Shown piece after piece: positions 63,643 to 64,000 of a stretch of DNA of 64,000 nucleotides (position 1 is the first letter of the stretch; each line of letters starts with the position of its first letter). The DNA comes from Adineta vaga (lineage: Eukaryota > Animalia > Rotifera). Location: the NCBI GenBank assembly GCA_021613535.1, contig CP075497.1:620001-684000 (forward strand), written 5' to 3'. A model generated the notes under the pieces. That model saw only the letters and a program-made list of their open reading frames with translations. It was not told the DNA's origin and made no database searches. The position numbers and the translations under genes were made by a program.

Positions 63643-64000
63643 ATGATTCTCTTGGCAGATAGATCTCGGCGAAATAACCCTACGAAGATCCACATTTTTC
63701 GCTGGGTTATAGGAGCTAGTCGATTTGTATGTGCCCTGAAAATTTTGGCTTCCTGTATGCCTCCTGAAGAAAAATAGCACGGATCACACTTTCTTACATA
63801 TGAAAGCTTACGCACTTTAGTGTGATTTTTCTATCACTGAGAAAGTGTGGTCCGTAGTCTTTTTTTCTGGTGGTATATAGAAATCTGAAACTTTCAGAGC
63901 ACATACAACTGAACTAGTACTAACCAACCAGCGAAAAATTTGGGTCTTCGTGGATCTTCATAGAATTATTTCGCCGTGCTCTACCTGTCTAGGGAGTCAT
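63643..64000. repeat. Long imperfect palindrome centred near 63818, possibly extending past the window
   Basis: Arm pairs CGGCGAAATAA / TTATTTCGCCG, TTTTTCGCTGG / CCAGCGAAAAA, TGTATGTGC / GCACATACA and CACACTTTCT / AGAAAGTGTG. Confidence 0.75.

Overview
This is AT-rich eukaryotic DNA with many short (about 50-60 nt) GT-AG introns, so most ORF-track entries are exon fragments. The gene families (ART-TPR, NHL, bacterial-type kelch, divergent GPCRs, foreign-looking enzymes) and the TGTGGG/TGAGGG motifs point to a bdelloid rotifer (inference, not proven). I rebuilt about 20 genes by hand. Highlights: (1) an intron-containing P450nor/CYP55-like nitric oxide reductase that keeps the known catalytic and cofactor residues; (2) a 9-exon gene encoding three tandem TM-ectodomain-TM units in one 1337-aa chain, a possible single-chain trimeric channel; (3) a dispersed family of short hairpins built from telomere-like repeats, about one per 4 kb, in introns, next to gene ends and at two apparent junctions; (4) a cathepsin L homolog whose catalytic His is replaced by Phe; (5) a GH127/GH146-type glycosidase; (6) three R-S-E ADP-ribosyltransferase genes within 9 kb; (7) a large CMC/EnSpm-type transposon region with two BEN-domain-like genes and subterminal tandem repeats; (8) many MITEs (hAT, piggyBac-like, Tc1/mariner), including nested insertions in a 4.3-kb intron. 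I found no rRNA, tRNA or CRISPR array.
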